From contig CACEMP010000004.1 of NCBI GenBank assembly GCA_902560675.1, forward strand, positions 2,678 to 66,677: a stretch of DNA of 64,000 nucleotides, written 5' to 3'. Source of the stretch: an uncultured Alphaproteobacteria bacterium (GTDB taxonomy: Bacteria; Pseudomonadota; Alphaproteobacteria; HIMB59; GCA-002718135). The position numbers and the translations under genes are program-made. Positions 44,542-53,186 of the stretch are shown here, one piece after another (position 1 is the stretch's first letter; each line of letters opens with the position of its first letter). The notes beneath the pieces were generated by a model. It saw only the letters and a program-made list of their open reading frames with translations, was not told where the DNA came from and made no database searches.

Positions 44542-45418
44542 TTTCTTTTTTATAACTATCATAAATATAAATTATTATTGCTATCCAAATAATTAAAAAT
44601 GATACTAACTTAATTTGTAATATTTCTTCATTAAGAATAAATACTGAAGTTATAAAATGAAATGTTGGTGCTAAGTAAAATAAAACCCCAGCAAGACCTA
44701 ATTGAATAAATTTTAAACCCAAATTAAAAAAAAATAATGGAAAAATTGTTACAGCTCCAGTCAGAATTAAAAATAATGATGTCTTCAAATCAATACTAAA
44801 GATACTATTTTCATTTTGCCAAAATAAATAAACTAAATATGGGATAGATATTAAAGATATTATGAAAGTCTCATAAAGTAAACCTATTGAAGGATTTACA
44901 TTAACTTGTTTTCTTAACAAACCATATATTGCCCATGAGGTTCCAATCCAAATTATTAGGAATGGAAATTGATTTAAATTAATAAATAAGAATAATATAC
45001 CTGAAAACATTAGACATACAGATGCAAATTTAGGCTTAGTTATTTTCTCATTTAAAAAAAAATAACCGAGAACAATGCTTATCATAGGAGTAATAAAGTA
45101 ACCCATTGATGCATCCTGAACTCTTTCTTGTCCTACAGAATAAATAAAACCAGCCCAGTTACCTGCAATAAGAAAAGCTGTAATTGTCAAAACAGAAATT
45201 TTTTTTCTAGATTTAAATATTTTAATAAAATCACTTATATTTGAAATTAAAATTAATAATAAAAATAAAAAAATAAATGACCAGAAACCTCTATGAGCTA
45301 CTATTTCTATGGTCTCAACGTGATTTAATTCATTAAAAAATAGGGGTTGTGGAAACCCCCAAAAAATTGCTGCAATACAGGAAAATATTACACCTTTAGA
45401 AAATTTATTATTTAACAA
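44519..45418 (-). CDS. rarD: EamA/DMT-family permease, RarD-like
   Basis: 299 aa with about 10 TM segments and the N-terminal WGFPQPLF...IVAHRGFWS pattern. It overlaps the convergent rpsD by 23 nt. Confidence 0.7.
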   Translation of the reverse strand: MLNNKFSKGVIFSCIAAIFWGFPQPLFFNELNHVETIEIVAHRGFWSFIFLFLLLILISNISDFIKIFKSRKKISVLTITAFLIAGNWAGFIYSVGQERVQDASMGYFITPMISIVLGYFFLNEKITKPKFASVCLMFSGILFLFINLNQFPFLIIWIGTSWAIYGLLRKQVNVNPSIGLLYETFIISLISIPYLVYLFWQNENSIFSIDLKTSLFLILTGAVTIFPLFFFNLGLKFIQLGLAGVLFYLAPTFHFITSVFILNEEILQIKLVSFLIIWIAIIIYIYDSYKKEIILNNTQ

Positions 45419-45419
45419 A

Positions 45420-45761
45420 CTAAGATGGATTTATGTCTATTCCATTTGTATTGAACAATTCTAATAATTCCCCACTTTCAAACATTTCAGTTATAATATC
45501 ACAGCCACCTATAAATTCTTTTTTAACATAAAGCTGCGGTATGGTTGGCCAATTAGAATATATTTTAATACCTTCTCTCATTTCGTCACTCTCTAACACA
45601 TTCACACTTCCAAATTTAACACCTACTTTATTTAATATTTCAACTACTCTGGCAGAAAATCCACACATTGGAAATACAGGGGTACCCTTCATGAAAAGTA
45701 TTACATCATTTGAGTTAATTTCATTTTCTATATTTTGAGATACATGGTCGTTATTATTCAT
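45420..45761 (-). CDS. grxD: Monothiol glutaredoxin (Grx4 family)
   Basis: 113 aa with the CGFS active site (PMCGFSARV) and WPTIPQLYV. Confidence 0.9.
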   Translation of the reverse strand: MNNNDHVSQNIENEINSNDVILFMKGTPVFPMCGFSARVVEILNKVGVKFGSVNVLESDEMREGIKIYSNWPTIPQLYVKKEFIGGCDIITEMFESGELLELFNTNGIDINPS

Positions 45762-45763
45762 TA

Positions 45764-45994
45764 TTACTCCGATACAGTTTTTAGCTTAAGTGCGTGCAAA
45801 TCACTACCCATTTTACCATTAAAAGCATCATAAACCATCTTATGTTGTTCTACTCTTGTTTTTCCAGTAAAGGATTTTGATATTACTGTAGCGCTGTAAT
45901 GATCACCATCTCCTTTGAGATCTTCAATTTCAACAGTTGCATCTGGTATAGCTTCTTTAATAAATTGCTCTATTTGTTCAATAGTCATTGGCAT
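45764..45994 (-). CDS. bolA: BolA-family protein
   Basis: 76 aa with the pattern GDGDHYSATVIS..F.GK..VEQHKMVY and HALKLKT. It is adjacent to the monothiol Grx, which is the classic pairing. Confidence 0.85.
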   Translation of the reverse strand: MPMTIEQIEQFIKEAIPDATVEIEDLKGDGDHYSATVISKSFTGKTRVEQHKMVYDAFNGKMGSDLHALKLKTVSE

Positions 45995-46031
45995 AACTAT
46001 AAAATAGTTCAGATATTAAAAAAAATAAAGA

Positions 46032-47324
46032 CTATTTAATTTTATTTTTAAAAATCCAATCTATTTTCTTTAGATCGTTGTCATCTTTAATGATTTTTTC
46101 GATTTCTTTTGAATTTAATATTTTATTTAATTCTCTATTTTTTTGAAAAACTTGGGAAAAATTCTTATTATTATTCCATGTTTCCATGGCACTTTCTTGT
46201 ACAATTTTATAAGCTTGTTGTCTTTTCAGCCCACTTTCAATTAATTTTAACATAATATTGTGAGTTCTATGTAAACCTCCAAGCATATTCACATTTTTCA
46301 ACATATTTTTTGGATAGACTTTTAAATTCTTTATAATGCCATTTAAACGACTCAGTGCAAAATCAGTTGCAATTGTAATTTCTGGCGTCATAATTCTTTC
46401 AACACTAGAATGACTAATATCTCTCTCATGCCAAAGTACTACATTTTCTAGCGAGGGTATTACACCACTCCTAATATATCGAGAGATACCTGTTAAATTC
46501 TCACTCAATACTGGATTACGTTTGTGAGGCATTGCAGAAGAACCTTTTTGCTTAGAAGAAAAACTCTCTTCAACTTCTAACACCTCTGTTTTTTGTAAAT
46601 TTCGAATTTCCACAGCAAATCTCTCAATTGAAGATGCTAAAATTCCCAATACTGAGAAAAAATATGCATGCCTATCTCTTGGAATTACTTGAGTTGATAT
46701 ATCTTCAGAATTTAGTTTAAGTTTTTTTGCTACATAATCTTGAACTCGTGGATCTATAGAATTAAAAGTTCCAACAGGTCCAGAGATAGCACAAACAGAT
46801 ACTTCGTTGATTGCTTGATCAAGTCTTTCTAAATTTCTTTTAAACTCAAAATAAAAGGAAGATAATTTTAATCCAAAAGTAATTGGTTCAGCATGTATAC
46901 CATGACTTCTTCCAATCATTAATGTGTCTTTATATTTTTTAGATTTGATTTTTAAACTTTGAATACACTCTACTAAACTTTTTCTTATTATTTCTGAGGT
47001 TTGCTTAAGTTGTACAGAAAATGAAGTATCAATAATATCACTTGATGTTACACCGAAATGAAAATACTTTGATGAGTCGCCAATATATTTGCTTACATTA
47101 TTAATATAAGCAACAACATCATGTTTTGTTTCTTTTTCAATTTTTTCAATTTCATTAACATTGAATTTTGCTTTATTTCTTATTTCTTTTGCAGCTTTTT
47201 TAGGAATAACTCCAAGCATTGCTTGTTTTTCTGCAATCAAACACTCAATCTCTGTCCAAATTTTAAATTTATTTTTTAATGACCAAATCTTTTCAATCTT
47301 AGGTCTATTATATCTAGGTATCAT
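46032..47324 (-). CDS. purB: Adenylosuccinate lyase
   Basis: 430 aa with the fumarate-lyase signature SSAMPHKRNP and an N-terminal RY..PEI.KIWS-like pattern. Confidence 0.9.
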   Translation of the reverse strand: MIPRYNRPKIEKIWSLKNKFKIWTEIECLIAEKQAMLGVIPKKAAKEIRNKAKFNVNEIEKIEKETKHDVVAYINNVSKYIGDSSKYFHFGVTSSDIIDTSFSVQLKQTSEIIRKSLVECIQSLKIKSKKYKDTLMIGRSHGIHAEPITFGLKLSSFYFEFKRNLERLDQAINEVSVCAISGPVGTFNSIDPRVQDYVAKKLKLNSEDISTQVIPRDRHAYFFSVLGILASSIERFAVEIRNLQKTEVLEVEESFSSKQKGSSAMPHKRNPVLSENLTGISRYIRSGVIPSLENVVLWHERDISHSSVERIMTPEITIATDFALSRLNGIIKNLKVYPKNMLKNVNMLGGLHRTHNIMLKLIESGLKRQQAYKIVQESAMETWNNNKNFSQVFQKNRELNKILNSKEIEKIIKDDNDLKKIDWIFKNKIK

Positions 47325-47333
47325 TTTATCTTC

Positions 47334-48128
47334 TTATACATCCTTTATTGGAAAAGCTGTATTATTTTTAGATAATGTAAATATTTCATTTCCTTCTTCT
47401 GTTATTCCAATTGTATGCTCGAATTGAGCAGATAAAGACTTATCTTTTGTGACAGCTGTCCATCCATCATTTAGTATTTTTGTTTGCCATCCACCTAAAT
47501 TAATCATTGGTTCAATTGTTAAAAACATTCCAGGCTCTAACATTGGTCCTTCACCTGGTTCCCCAAAGTGTAAAACACTAGGTGGAGTGTGAAATTCCTT
47601 CCCAATTCCATGACCACAAAAATCTCTTACTACAGAATAACCTTTTCCCTCTGCAAGTTTCTGAATTTTATTTCCAATATCGCCAATATGTTTGCCGGGT
47701 TTAGCTTCACTTATTCCAATTAATAAAGACTCATACGTAATTTTCAAAAATTCATAATTTTTTTTATTTGTTTTTCCTGCAACAAACATTCTTGAACTAT
47801 CACCATACCAACCATTTAATATAACAGTGACATCCACATTGACTATATCACCATCAGATAAAATTTTTCTTTCAGAAGGAATTCCATGACAAACGACATG
47901 ATTAACAGATGTACATACAGATTTTGGAAAACCTTTATAATTTAGAGGAGCTGGAATAGCGTTGCTTTGAATAATTTGGTTGTGACATATGTCATTTATC
48001 TCTTGAGTACTTATACCTGGAACAATTTTTTCACTTAAAGAATCTAATACATCAGCAGCTAAAGAACCAGCTTTCCTCATGTCCTCAAAATCTTTTTTCG
48101 TATGTATTGGGATATTGTTGTTTCTCAT
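47334..48128 (-). CDS. map: Methionine aminopeptidase, type I
   Basis: 264 aa with the metal-ligand contexts DIVNVDVT, DSSRMF, CGHGIG, TIEPM and QFEHT. Confidence 0.9.
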   Translation of the reverse strand: MRNNNIPIHTKKDFEDMRKAGSLAADVLDSLSEKIVPGISTQEINDICHNQIIQSNAIPAPLNYKGFPKSVCTSVNHVVCHGIPSERKILSDGDIVNVDVTVILNGWYGDSSRMFVAGKTNKKNYEFLKITYESLLIGISEAKPGKHIGDIGNKIQKLAEGKGYSVVRDFCGHGIGKEFHTPPSVLHFGEPGEGPMLEPGMFLTIEPMINLGGWQTKILNDGWTAVTKDKSLSAQFEHTIGITEEGNEIFTLSKNNTAFPIKDV

Positions 48129-48185
48129 TTAAAAAATAATTACTTACGTTTAATAAATAATATATAGAAAATATCAATTAATCAT

Positions 48186-48932
48186 ATGAGTTCTTTTACA
48201 GCAGGCGTTATTGTTATCGGAGATGAAATACTTTCTGGTAGAACTCAAGATACAAACTCAAATTATATTGCAAAAAAACTATTAGAAGCTGGAATTAAGT
48301 TAGAGGAAGTTATTGTTATTCAGGATGATAAAAATACAATTATAGAAAATGTTTTAAAATATAGCTCAAAATACTCTTATGTTTTTACAACAGGAGGAAT
48401 AGGGCCAACTCATGATGATATAACTTCAGAAAGTATATCTGAAGCTTTTAAGTTACAATATGAAACAAATAAAAAAGCTTTTGAAATTCTTGAAAATTAT
48501 TATCCAAAAGGTGAATTTAATGAAAGTAGGCAAAGAATGGCCAAAATGCCATTTGGTTCAGAGCTTATTTTAAATCCAATGACCGCTGCACCAGGATTTA
48601 TTGTAAAAAATATTTATGTTTTACCTGGTGTGCCAGAAATAATGCAAGTTATGTTTGAGGAATTAATAAAAAAAATTAAAAAAGGTAACCCAAAACTTGT
48701 TACAACAATTAATACTAATTTATACGAAAGTAAAATTGCAAAAAATTTAAAAAATATTCAAAAAAATTATACAAACGCATCAATAGGTAGTTACCCATAT
48801 TTTAATCTTGCAGCTAAAACAGGCGGTGTTAACATAGTTGTTTCATCATGGGATATGAAATCTATTCAACCAATAGTTGACGATATAACTCAGATGATTG
48901 AATTAAATGGTGGAAAAAGTTCTATAGTTTGA
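48186..48932 (+). CDS. CinA-like molybdopterin-binding (MoCF_biosynth) domain protein
   Basis: 248 aa with VIGDEILSGRTQDTNSNYIAKKL and TTGGIGPTHDDIT. Confidence 0.75.
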   Translation: MSSFTAGVIVIGDEILSGRTQDTNSNYIAKKLLEAGIKLEEVIVIQDDKNTIIENVLKYSSKYSYVFTTGGIGPTHDDITSESISEAFKLQYETNKKAFEILENYYPKGEFNESRQRMAKMPFGSELILNPMTAAPGFIVKNIYVLPGVPEIMQVMFEELIKKIKKGNPKLVTTINTNLYESKIAKNLKNIQKNYTNASIGSYPYFNLAAKTGGVNIVVSSWDMKSIQPIVDDITQMIELNGGKSSIV

Positions 48933-48948
48933 TATTAGTCCAGAATTA

Positions 48949-49033
48949 GGCCTCGTGGTGGAATGGTAGACACAAAGGACTTAAAATCCTTGCCCTTTTG
49001 GGAGTGCCGGTTCAAGTCCGGCCGAGGCTACCA
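48949..49033 (+). tRNA. tRNA-Leu (anticodon UAA), type II with long variable arm, CCA encoded
   Basis: Manual fold: acceptor GGCCTCG/CGAGGCT (G1-U72 wobble), D stem GTG/CAC, anticodon stem AAGGA/TCCTT with loop CTTAAAA, variable arm GCCCTTTTGGGAGT, T arm GCCGG-TTCAAGT-CCGGC, discriminator A, CCA. Confidence 0.9.
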
Positions 49034-49044
49034 ATCTCTAAATT

Positions 49045-49419
49045 ATGTTTGCTTTTATTACCATTGGAACAAATAATTTAAAAAAATCATCTGCATTTTA
49101 TAGTAAAATTTTAAAACCTCTAAAAATTAAAAAAGTTTTATCTCATAATCGTTATTTTGGTTACGCTAAAAAAGAAACTCCTAAAAAAATAGAATTATAT
49201 TTGATTAGACCACATAACAAAAAAAAAGCAACCATAGGAAATGGTACGATGATTACTTTTAAAGCTAATTCTAAAAAAACTGTTAATGAATTTTATAAAA
49301 TTGGAATTAGTCTAGGAGCAAAAGATGAAGGTATGCCTGGACCCAGACATGGTAAAGATTATTATGCATATTTAAGGGATTTAGATGGTAACAAGATTTG
49401 TATTTTTAAAAAAATTTGA
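49045..49419 (+). CDS. VOC (glyoxalase/bleomycin-resistance/dioxygenase) family protein
   Basis: 124 aa with the typical VOC pattern FITIGTNNLKKSSAFY...YAYLRDLDGNKICI. Confidence 0.7.
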   Translation: MFAFITIGTNNLKKSSAFYSKILKPLKIKKVLSHNRYFGYAKKETPKKIELYLIRPHNKKKATIGNGTMITFKANSKKTVNEFYKIGISLGAKDEGMPGPRHGKDYYAYLRDLDGNKICIFKKI

Positions 49420-49421
49420 TC

Positions 49422-50180
49422 CTAATAATTAAATTGCTCATTCAAAATTTTATCTTCAATAGAGTGCTTACTATCAAATAATACAGTGCATTTATTTTCA
49501 TCTGAAGAAACAATATTCACTTTACTAATATCTCTAAATTCAACATTGTCAGCTGTTACGCTAGATGAGCGTTCATCATTATTTAGTACTTCAAAATCAA
49601 TTTTACTAATTTCAGATAACAGAGCACCTCTCCATCTCCTTGGTCTAAAGGCACTAATTGGAGTTAACGCAAGTATATTTGAGTCTAAAGGTAGAATGCT
49701 ACCGTGCGCGGATAGATTATAAGCTGTACTTCCAGCAGATGTAGATAACAAAACGCCATCACATATCAACTCTTCCATTTTTACTTTCTCATTAATTTTA
49801 ATTTTAATTTTTGATGCCAAATGAGTCTGTCTCATAAGAGAAACTTCATTATAAGCATATGCCTCAAAGATCTCATTATTAATACTTTCCGCAGTCATTT
49901 TTAATGGTTTAAAAGTAGATTTTTTAGCTTTGGCAATCATATCATTTAAATTTTCATTACTTAGATTATTCATTAAAAAACCAATTGAACCAAAGTTTAT
50001 TCCAAAAAATGGTTTGTTTAGTTTATTAAAATTATGTAGCGATTTTAAAAGTAATCCATCGCCTCCAATTGGAATAATGTAGTCGGCATCTTCAACAGAA
50101 TTTTGCCCAAATAATTCTGTTAGTTTTTTTTCTGTATTTTTTGCTTCAGGATTGTTTGATGATAAAAAATGAAATTTCAT
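49422..50180 (-). CDS. nadK: NAD kinase
   Basis: 252 aa with the GGDG motif (IIPIGGDGLLL), NEV and STSAGSTAYNLSAHG. Confidence 0.85.
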   Translation of the reverse strand: MKFHFLSSNNPEAKNTEKKLTELFGQNSVEDADYIIPIGGDGLLLKSLHNFNKLNKPFFGINFGSIGFLMNNLSNENLNDMIAKAKKSTFKPLKMTAESINNEIFEAYAYNEVSLMRQTHLASKIKIKINEKVKMEELICDGVLLSTSAGSTAYNLSAHGSILPLDSNILALTPISAFRPRRWRGALLSEISKIDFEVLNNDERSSSVTADNVEFRDISKVNIVSSDENKCTVLFDSKHSIEDKILNEQFNY

Positions 50181-51172
50181 TATCCACCTGTTACGTTCAT
50201 GTGTCTTTTCATATATTTATTAATCTTTGCTCCTATCATAAAATCATGTTGTTTTGGTTTAATATTAAGAGCAAATTTAATTTTTTCTTTTATATAATCA
50301 TTACTATAATCTTTTCTCATTATATCTCTAAAATCAACAAAGTCATTCTGACCAAGGCACATAAAGAGTTTACCAGTGCTTGATATTCTTACCCTATTGC
50401 AAGAAGCACAAAAATTATCTGTTAAAGGACTTATAAACCCAATTTTATTAGAAACCAAATCACTAGTATAAAATCTAGCTGGACCTCCAGTACTGTAATC
50501 AATTTTAGAAAAATTATATATTTTGTCTAATTTTACAAAAATGTCAGATAATGAGACAAACTGATATTCTCTCAATGTATCTGTTTCTTCCATTGGCATC
50601 ACTTCAATAAATGTAAGATCAATTTTTTTATTACTAGTCCAATTAATTAATTCTTCAATTTCATTCTCATTAAAATCTTTAATTACTACAGTATTAATTT
50701 TAATTTTTATATTTGTATTAAGTGCTTCATTAATTCCATCAAATACTTTTTCAATATTTCCAAATCTTGTTATTTTATTATATTTTTCGGGATTAATTGT
50801 ATCTAGAGAAACATTAATCCTATTAACACCATTTTGCTTAAGTTGTTTTGCATATTTTTTTAATAGCGTTCCATTTGTTGTAAGTGTAATCTCTTTTAGA
50901 TTTGTTTTCTCTTTTTTATTATTAAGTTTTTCGATTAATTTTATAATATCATTTCTTACCAAAGGCTCACCCCCGGTTAATCTAATTTTTTCAACTCCGA
51001 GTTCTATAAAGTTGTCACACAATCTTTCAATTTCTTCTAAAGTCAATATGTCTTTTCTTGGAAGAAATTCCATTTTTTCTTTCATACAATAGACACATCT
51101 CAAATCGCATCTATCTGTAACAGATACTCTTAGGTAATTTACTTTTCTTAGATACTGGTCAATTAGTTGCAT
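50180..51172 (-). CDS. moaA: GTP 3',8-cyclase (molybdenum cofactor biosynthesis, radical SAM)
   Basis: 330 aa with the radical-SAM motif CDLRCVYC, LTGGEPL and a C-terminal CASCNRVRISSTGKLFMCL cluster. Confidence 0.9.
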   Translation of the reverse strand: MQLIDQYLRKVNYLRVSVTDRCDLRCVYCMKEKMEFLPRKDILTLEEIERLCDNFIELGVEKIRLTGGEPLVRNDIIKLIEKLNNKKEKTNLKEITLTTNGTLLKKYAKQLKQNGVNRINVSLDTINPEKYNKITRFGNIEKVFDGINEALNTNIKIKINTVVIKDFNENEIEELINWTSNKKIDLTFIEVMPMEETDTLREYQFVSLSDIFVKLDKIYNFSKIDYSTGGPARFYTSDLVSNKIGFISPLTDNFCASCNRVRISSTGKLFMCLGQNDFVDFRDIMRKDYSNDYIKEKIKFALNIKPKQHDFMIGAKINKYMKRHMNVTGG

Positions 51173-51356
51173 TTATATTAATTATTTTTAATTCAACTTC
51201 TTTAGGGTTAATAGTTTTTTTTCCAACATTTTCAAAATTTATTGTAACGATATTGTTAATACATGATTGCACTTGACCAATTCCCCATTCTTTTTCTTTA
51301 CTGACATTTACAACAAAAGTGCCTGGTGTAAGATCACCTATATAAAAATCTGACAT
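51159..51356 (-). CDS. DUF3553-family small protein
   Basis: 65 aa. EWGIGQVQS...VTINFENVGKK matches the conserved core of the alphaproteobacterial DUF3553 family as I remember it. It overlaps moaA by 14 nt. Confidence 0.65.
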   Translation of the reverse strand: MSDFYIGDLTPGTFVVNVSKEKEWGIGQVQSCINNIVTINFENVGKKTINPKEVELKIININATN

Positions 51357-51367
51357 TTATAATAAAA

Positions 51368-51775
51368 TTAACTAATTCTTTTTTCTGCTTTTTCATGCAT
51401 TTCTTGAGCTTCTAAACTCAATGTTGCGACTGGTCTTGCTTCTAATCTTTTGATACTAATTGGATCACCTGTTTCATCACAATAACCATAAGATCCATCT
51501 TCAATTCTTTGAAGGGCAGCATCAATTTTATTAATTAGTTTTCTTTCTCTATCTCTTGTTCGAAGTTCGAAAGATCTATCTATTTCTTCAGACGCTCTAT
51601 CAGTTATATCTGGTTTTGCTTCATTCTCATTTTGAAGATTATTTAAAGTTTGAGATGACTCCTTGAGTAAATCTTGTTTCCAACTTACTAATTTTTGCCT
51701 AAAATACTCTTTCATTTTGGCATTCATGAATTTTTCTTTCTGAGTTGGTTTATAATTTTTAGGTAATTTTGTCAT
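51368..51775 (-). CDS. dksA: RNA polymerase-binding transcription factor DksA (variant lacking the 4-Cys zinc finger)
   Basis: 135 aa with a coiled-coil tip DxxDxA-like motif (PDITDRASEE) and a C-terminal YGYCDETGDPISIKRLEARPVATLSLEAQ. Only one of the four canonical Cys residues is retained. Confidence 0.85.
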   Translation of the reverse strand: MTKLPKNYKPTQKEKFMNAKMKEYFRQKLVSWKQDLLKESSQTLNNLQNENEAKPDITDRASEEIDRSFELRTRDRERKLINKIDAALQRIEDGSYGYCDETGDPISIKRLEARPVATLSLEAQEMHEKAEKRIS

Positions 51776-51888
51776 ATTTTAAAAAGCTGCTGATTTATCA
51801 AATGATTTTATTTATTCAAGCAATATTGAAATTTTATTAATTATAAATAATTCATAATTTTCAACAAGTTAATCATATTTTTATAAAA

Positions 51889-51903
51889 GAACAAAAATAG
51901 AAC
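51889..51903 (+). promoter_or_regulatory. Alphaproteobacterial-type SOS (LexA) box candidate, GAAC-N7-GAAC
   Basis: GAACAAAAATAGAAC is read directly from the sequence, 86 nt upstream of the recA ATG and immediately downstream of a TATAAA -10-like hexamer. A third GAAC lies at 51915. Confidence 0.5.
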
Positions 51904-51988
51904 TTTTAAAAATAGAACAAAACGTGTACAAGTAAACATGATTTGCAAGAATCTTAATAAAAACATAGTAAATTAATGGAGAAATGTA

Positions 51989-53101
51989 ATGTCTCAAGCT
52001 AAATTAAAAGTAGTAAATAACGAAAATTCAATGGATAAAGAAAACAGAAGTAAATCTCTAGAAGCTGCTGTAAGCCTAATAGAGAAAAATTATGGAAAAG
52101 GCTCAATAATGAAATTGGGCTCCAAAACAAACGTAGATATTGAAGCTATATCTACTGGTTCATTAGGGCTTGATATTGCCCTAGGTATTGGCGGAGTTCC
52201 AAAGGGGAGAATTATTGAAATTTATGGACCTGAAAGTTCTGGTAAAACTACTTTAGCTACTCATATTGTTGCTGAGTCACAAAAACAAGGCGGTAATTGC
52301 GCATTTATAGATGCAGAGCATGCTCTAGATCCAGCATATGCAAAGAAATTAGGTGTAAATTTAGAAGAATTATTAATTTCCCAGCCTGATACAGGTGAGC
52401 AGGGTTTAGAAATTGCTGATTCTTTAATTAAATCTGGAGGTATTGATGTGCTAATTATTGACTCAGTTGCGGCACTAGTTCCAAGAGCTGAACTAGAAGG
52501 CGATATGGGAGATTCATTACCTGGTTTACAAGCTAGATTGATGAGTCAGGCTTTAAGAAAACTCACAAGCTCTATAGCTCAATCAAACACCCTAGTTGTA
52601 TTCATAAATCAACTTAGAATGAAAATTGGCGTTATGTTTGGTAGCCCTGAGACAACTACAGGTGGTAATGCTTTAAAATTTTATTCTTCTGTAAGAATGG
52701 ACATTAGAAGAATTGGTGCAATTAAAGATAAAGATGAAATCATTGGAAATCAAACTAGAGTAAAGATAGTTAAAAATAAAGTTGCGCCTCCATTCAAAGT
52801 TGTTGAATTTGACATAATGTACGGAGAGGGTATATCTAAATTAGGTGAATTAGTTGATTTAGGTGTCAAAGCAGAAATTATTGATAAATCTGGATCATGG
52901 TTTTCTTACAAAAATACTAAAATAGGACAAGGTAGAGAAAACGTTAAAAACTTTCTTAACGACAATCCAACTATAGCTAAAGAAATTGAACATCAAATTC
53001 TGCAAAATGCTGGAATAGTTGAAAAAGCTATGATGGAAGGAAAAGTAGAGAATAAAGTAAAAGAAAAAGAAGCTAAAGAATCTGAAGAAATAAAAGAATA
53101 G
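51989..53101 (+). CDS. recA: Recombinase RecA
   Basis: 370 aa with Walker [19 protein letters not shown] and the L2 region. A GGAG RBS lies 8 nt upstream. Confidence 0.95.
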   Translation: MSQAKLKVVNNENSMDKENRSKSLEAAVSLIEKNYGKGSIMKLGSKTNVDIEAISTGSLGLDIALGIGGVPKGRIIEIYGPESSGKTTLATHIVAESQKQGGNCAFIDAEHALDPAYAKKLGVNLEELLISQPDTGEQGLEIADSLIKSGGIDVLIIDSVAALVPRAELEGDMGDSLPGLQARLMSQALRKLTSSIAQSNTLVVFINQLRMKIGVMFGSPETTTGGNALKFYSSVRMDIRRIGAIKDKDEIIGNQTRVKIVKNKVAPPFKVVEFDIMYGEGISKLGELVDLGVKAEIIDKSGSWFSYKNTKIGQGRENVKNFLNDNPTIAKEIEHQILQNAGIVEKAMMEGKVENKVKEKEAKESEEIKE

Positions 53102-53120
53102 TAAATATTATTTTTGTTTG

Positions 53121-53148
53121 GCGCCTATTTCAAAATAGGCGCTTTTTT
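53121..53148 (+). terminator. Rho-independent terminator after recA
   Basis: GCGCCTATTT / AAATAGGCGC arms (10 nt, perfect) are followed by TTTTTT. The structure starts 20 nt after the recA stop. Confidence 0.8.
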
Positions 53149-53186
53149 ATTTAGACAATAGAGTTTTCAAGTTATAATACCTTTTC

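Noticed and set aside
48933-49419. tRNA-Leu as an integration hotspot, with the downstream VOC gene as cargo of a genomic islet
   Set aside because: There is no integrase and no direct repeat of the tRNA 3' end downstream. The following genes (nadK, moaA, dksA, recA) are core housekeeping genes.
51915-51929. A second SOS-like site, GAAC-N7-GTAC
   Set aside because: The second half-site is GTAC rather than GAAC or GTTC, so it fits neither the direct-repeat alphaproteobacterial box nor a palindromic Cheo-type box. I mention it only as context for the first site.
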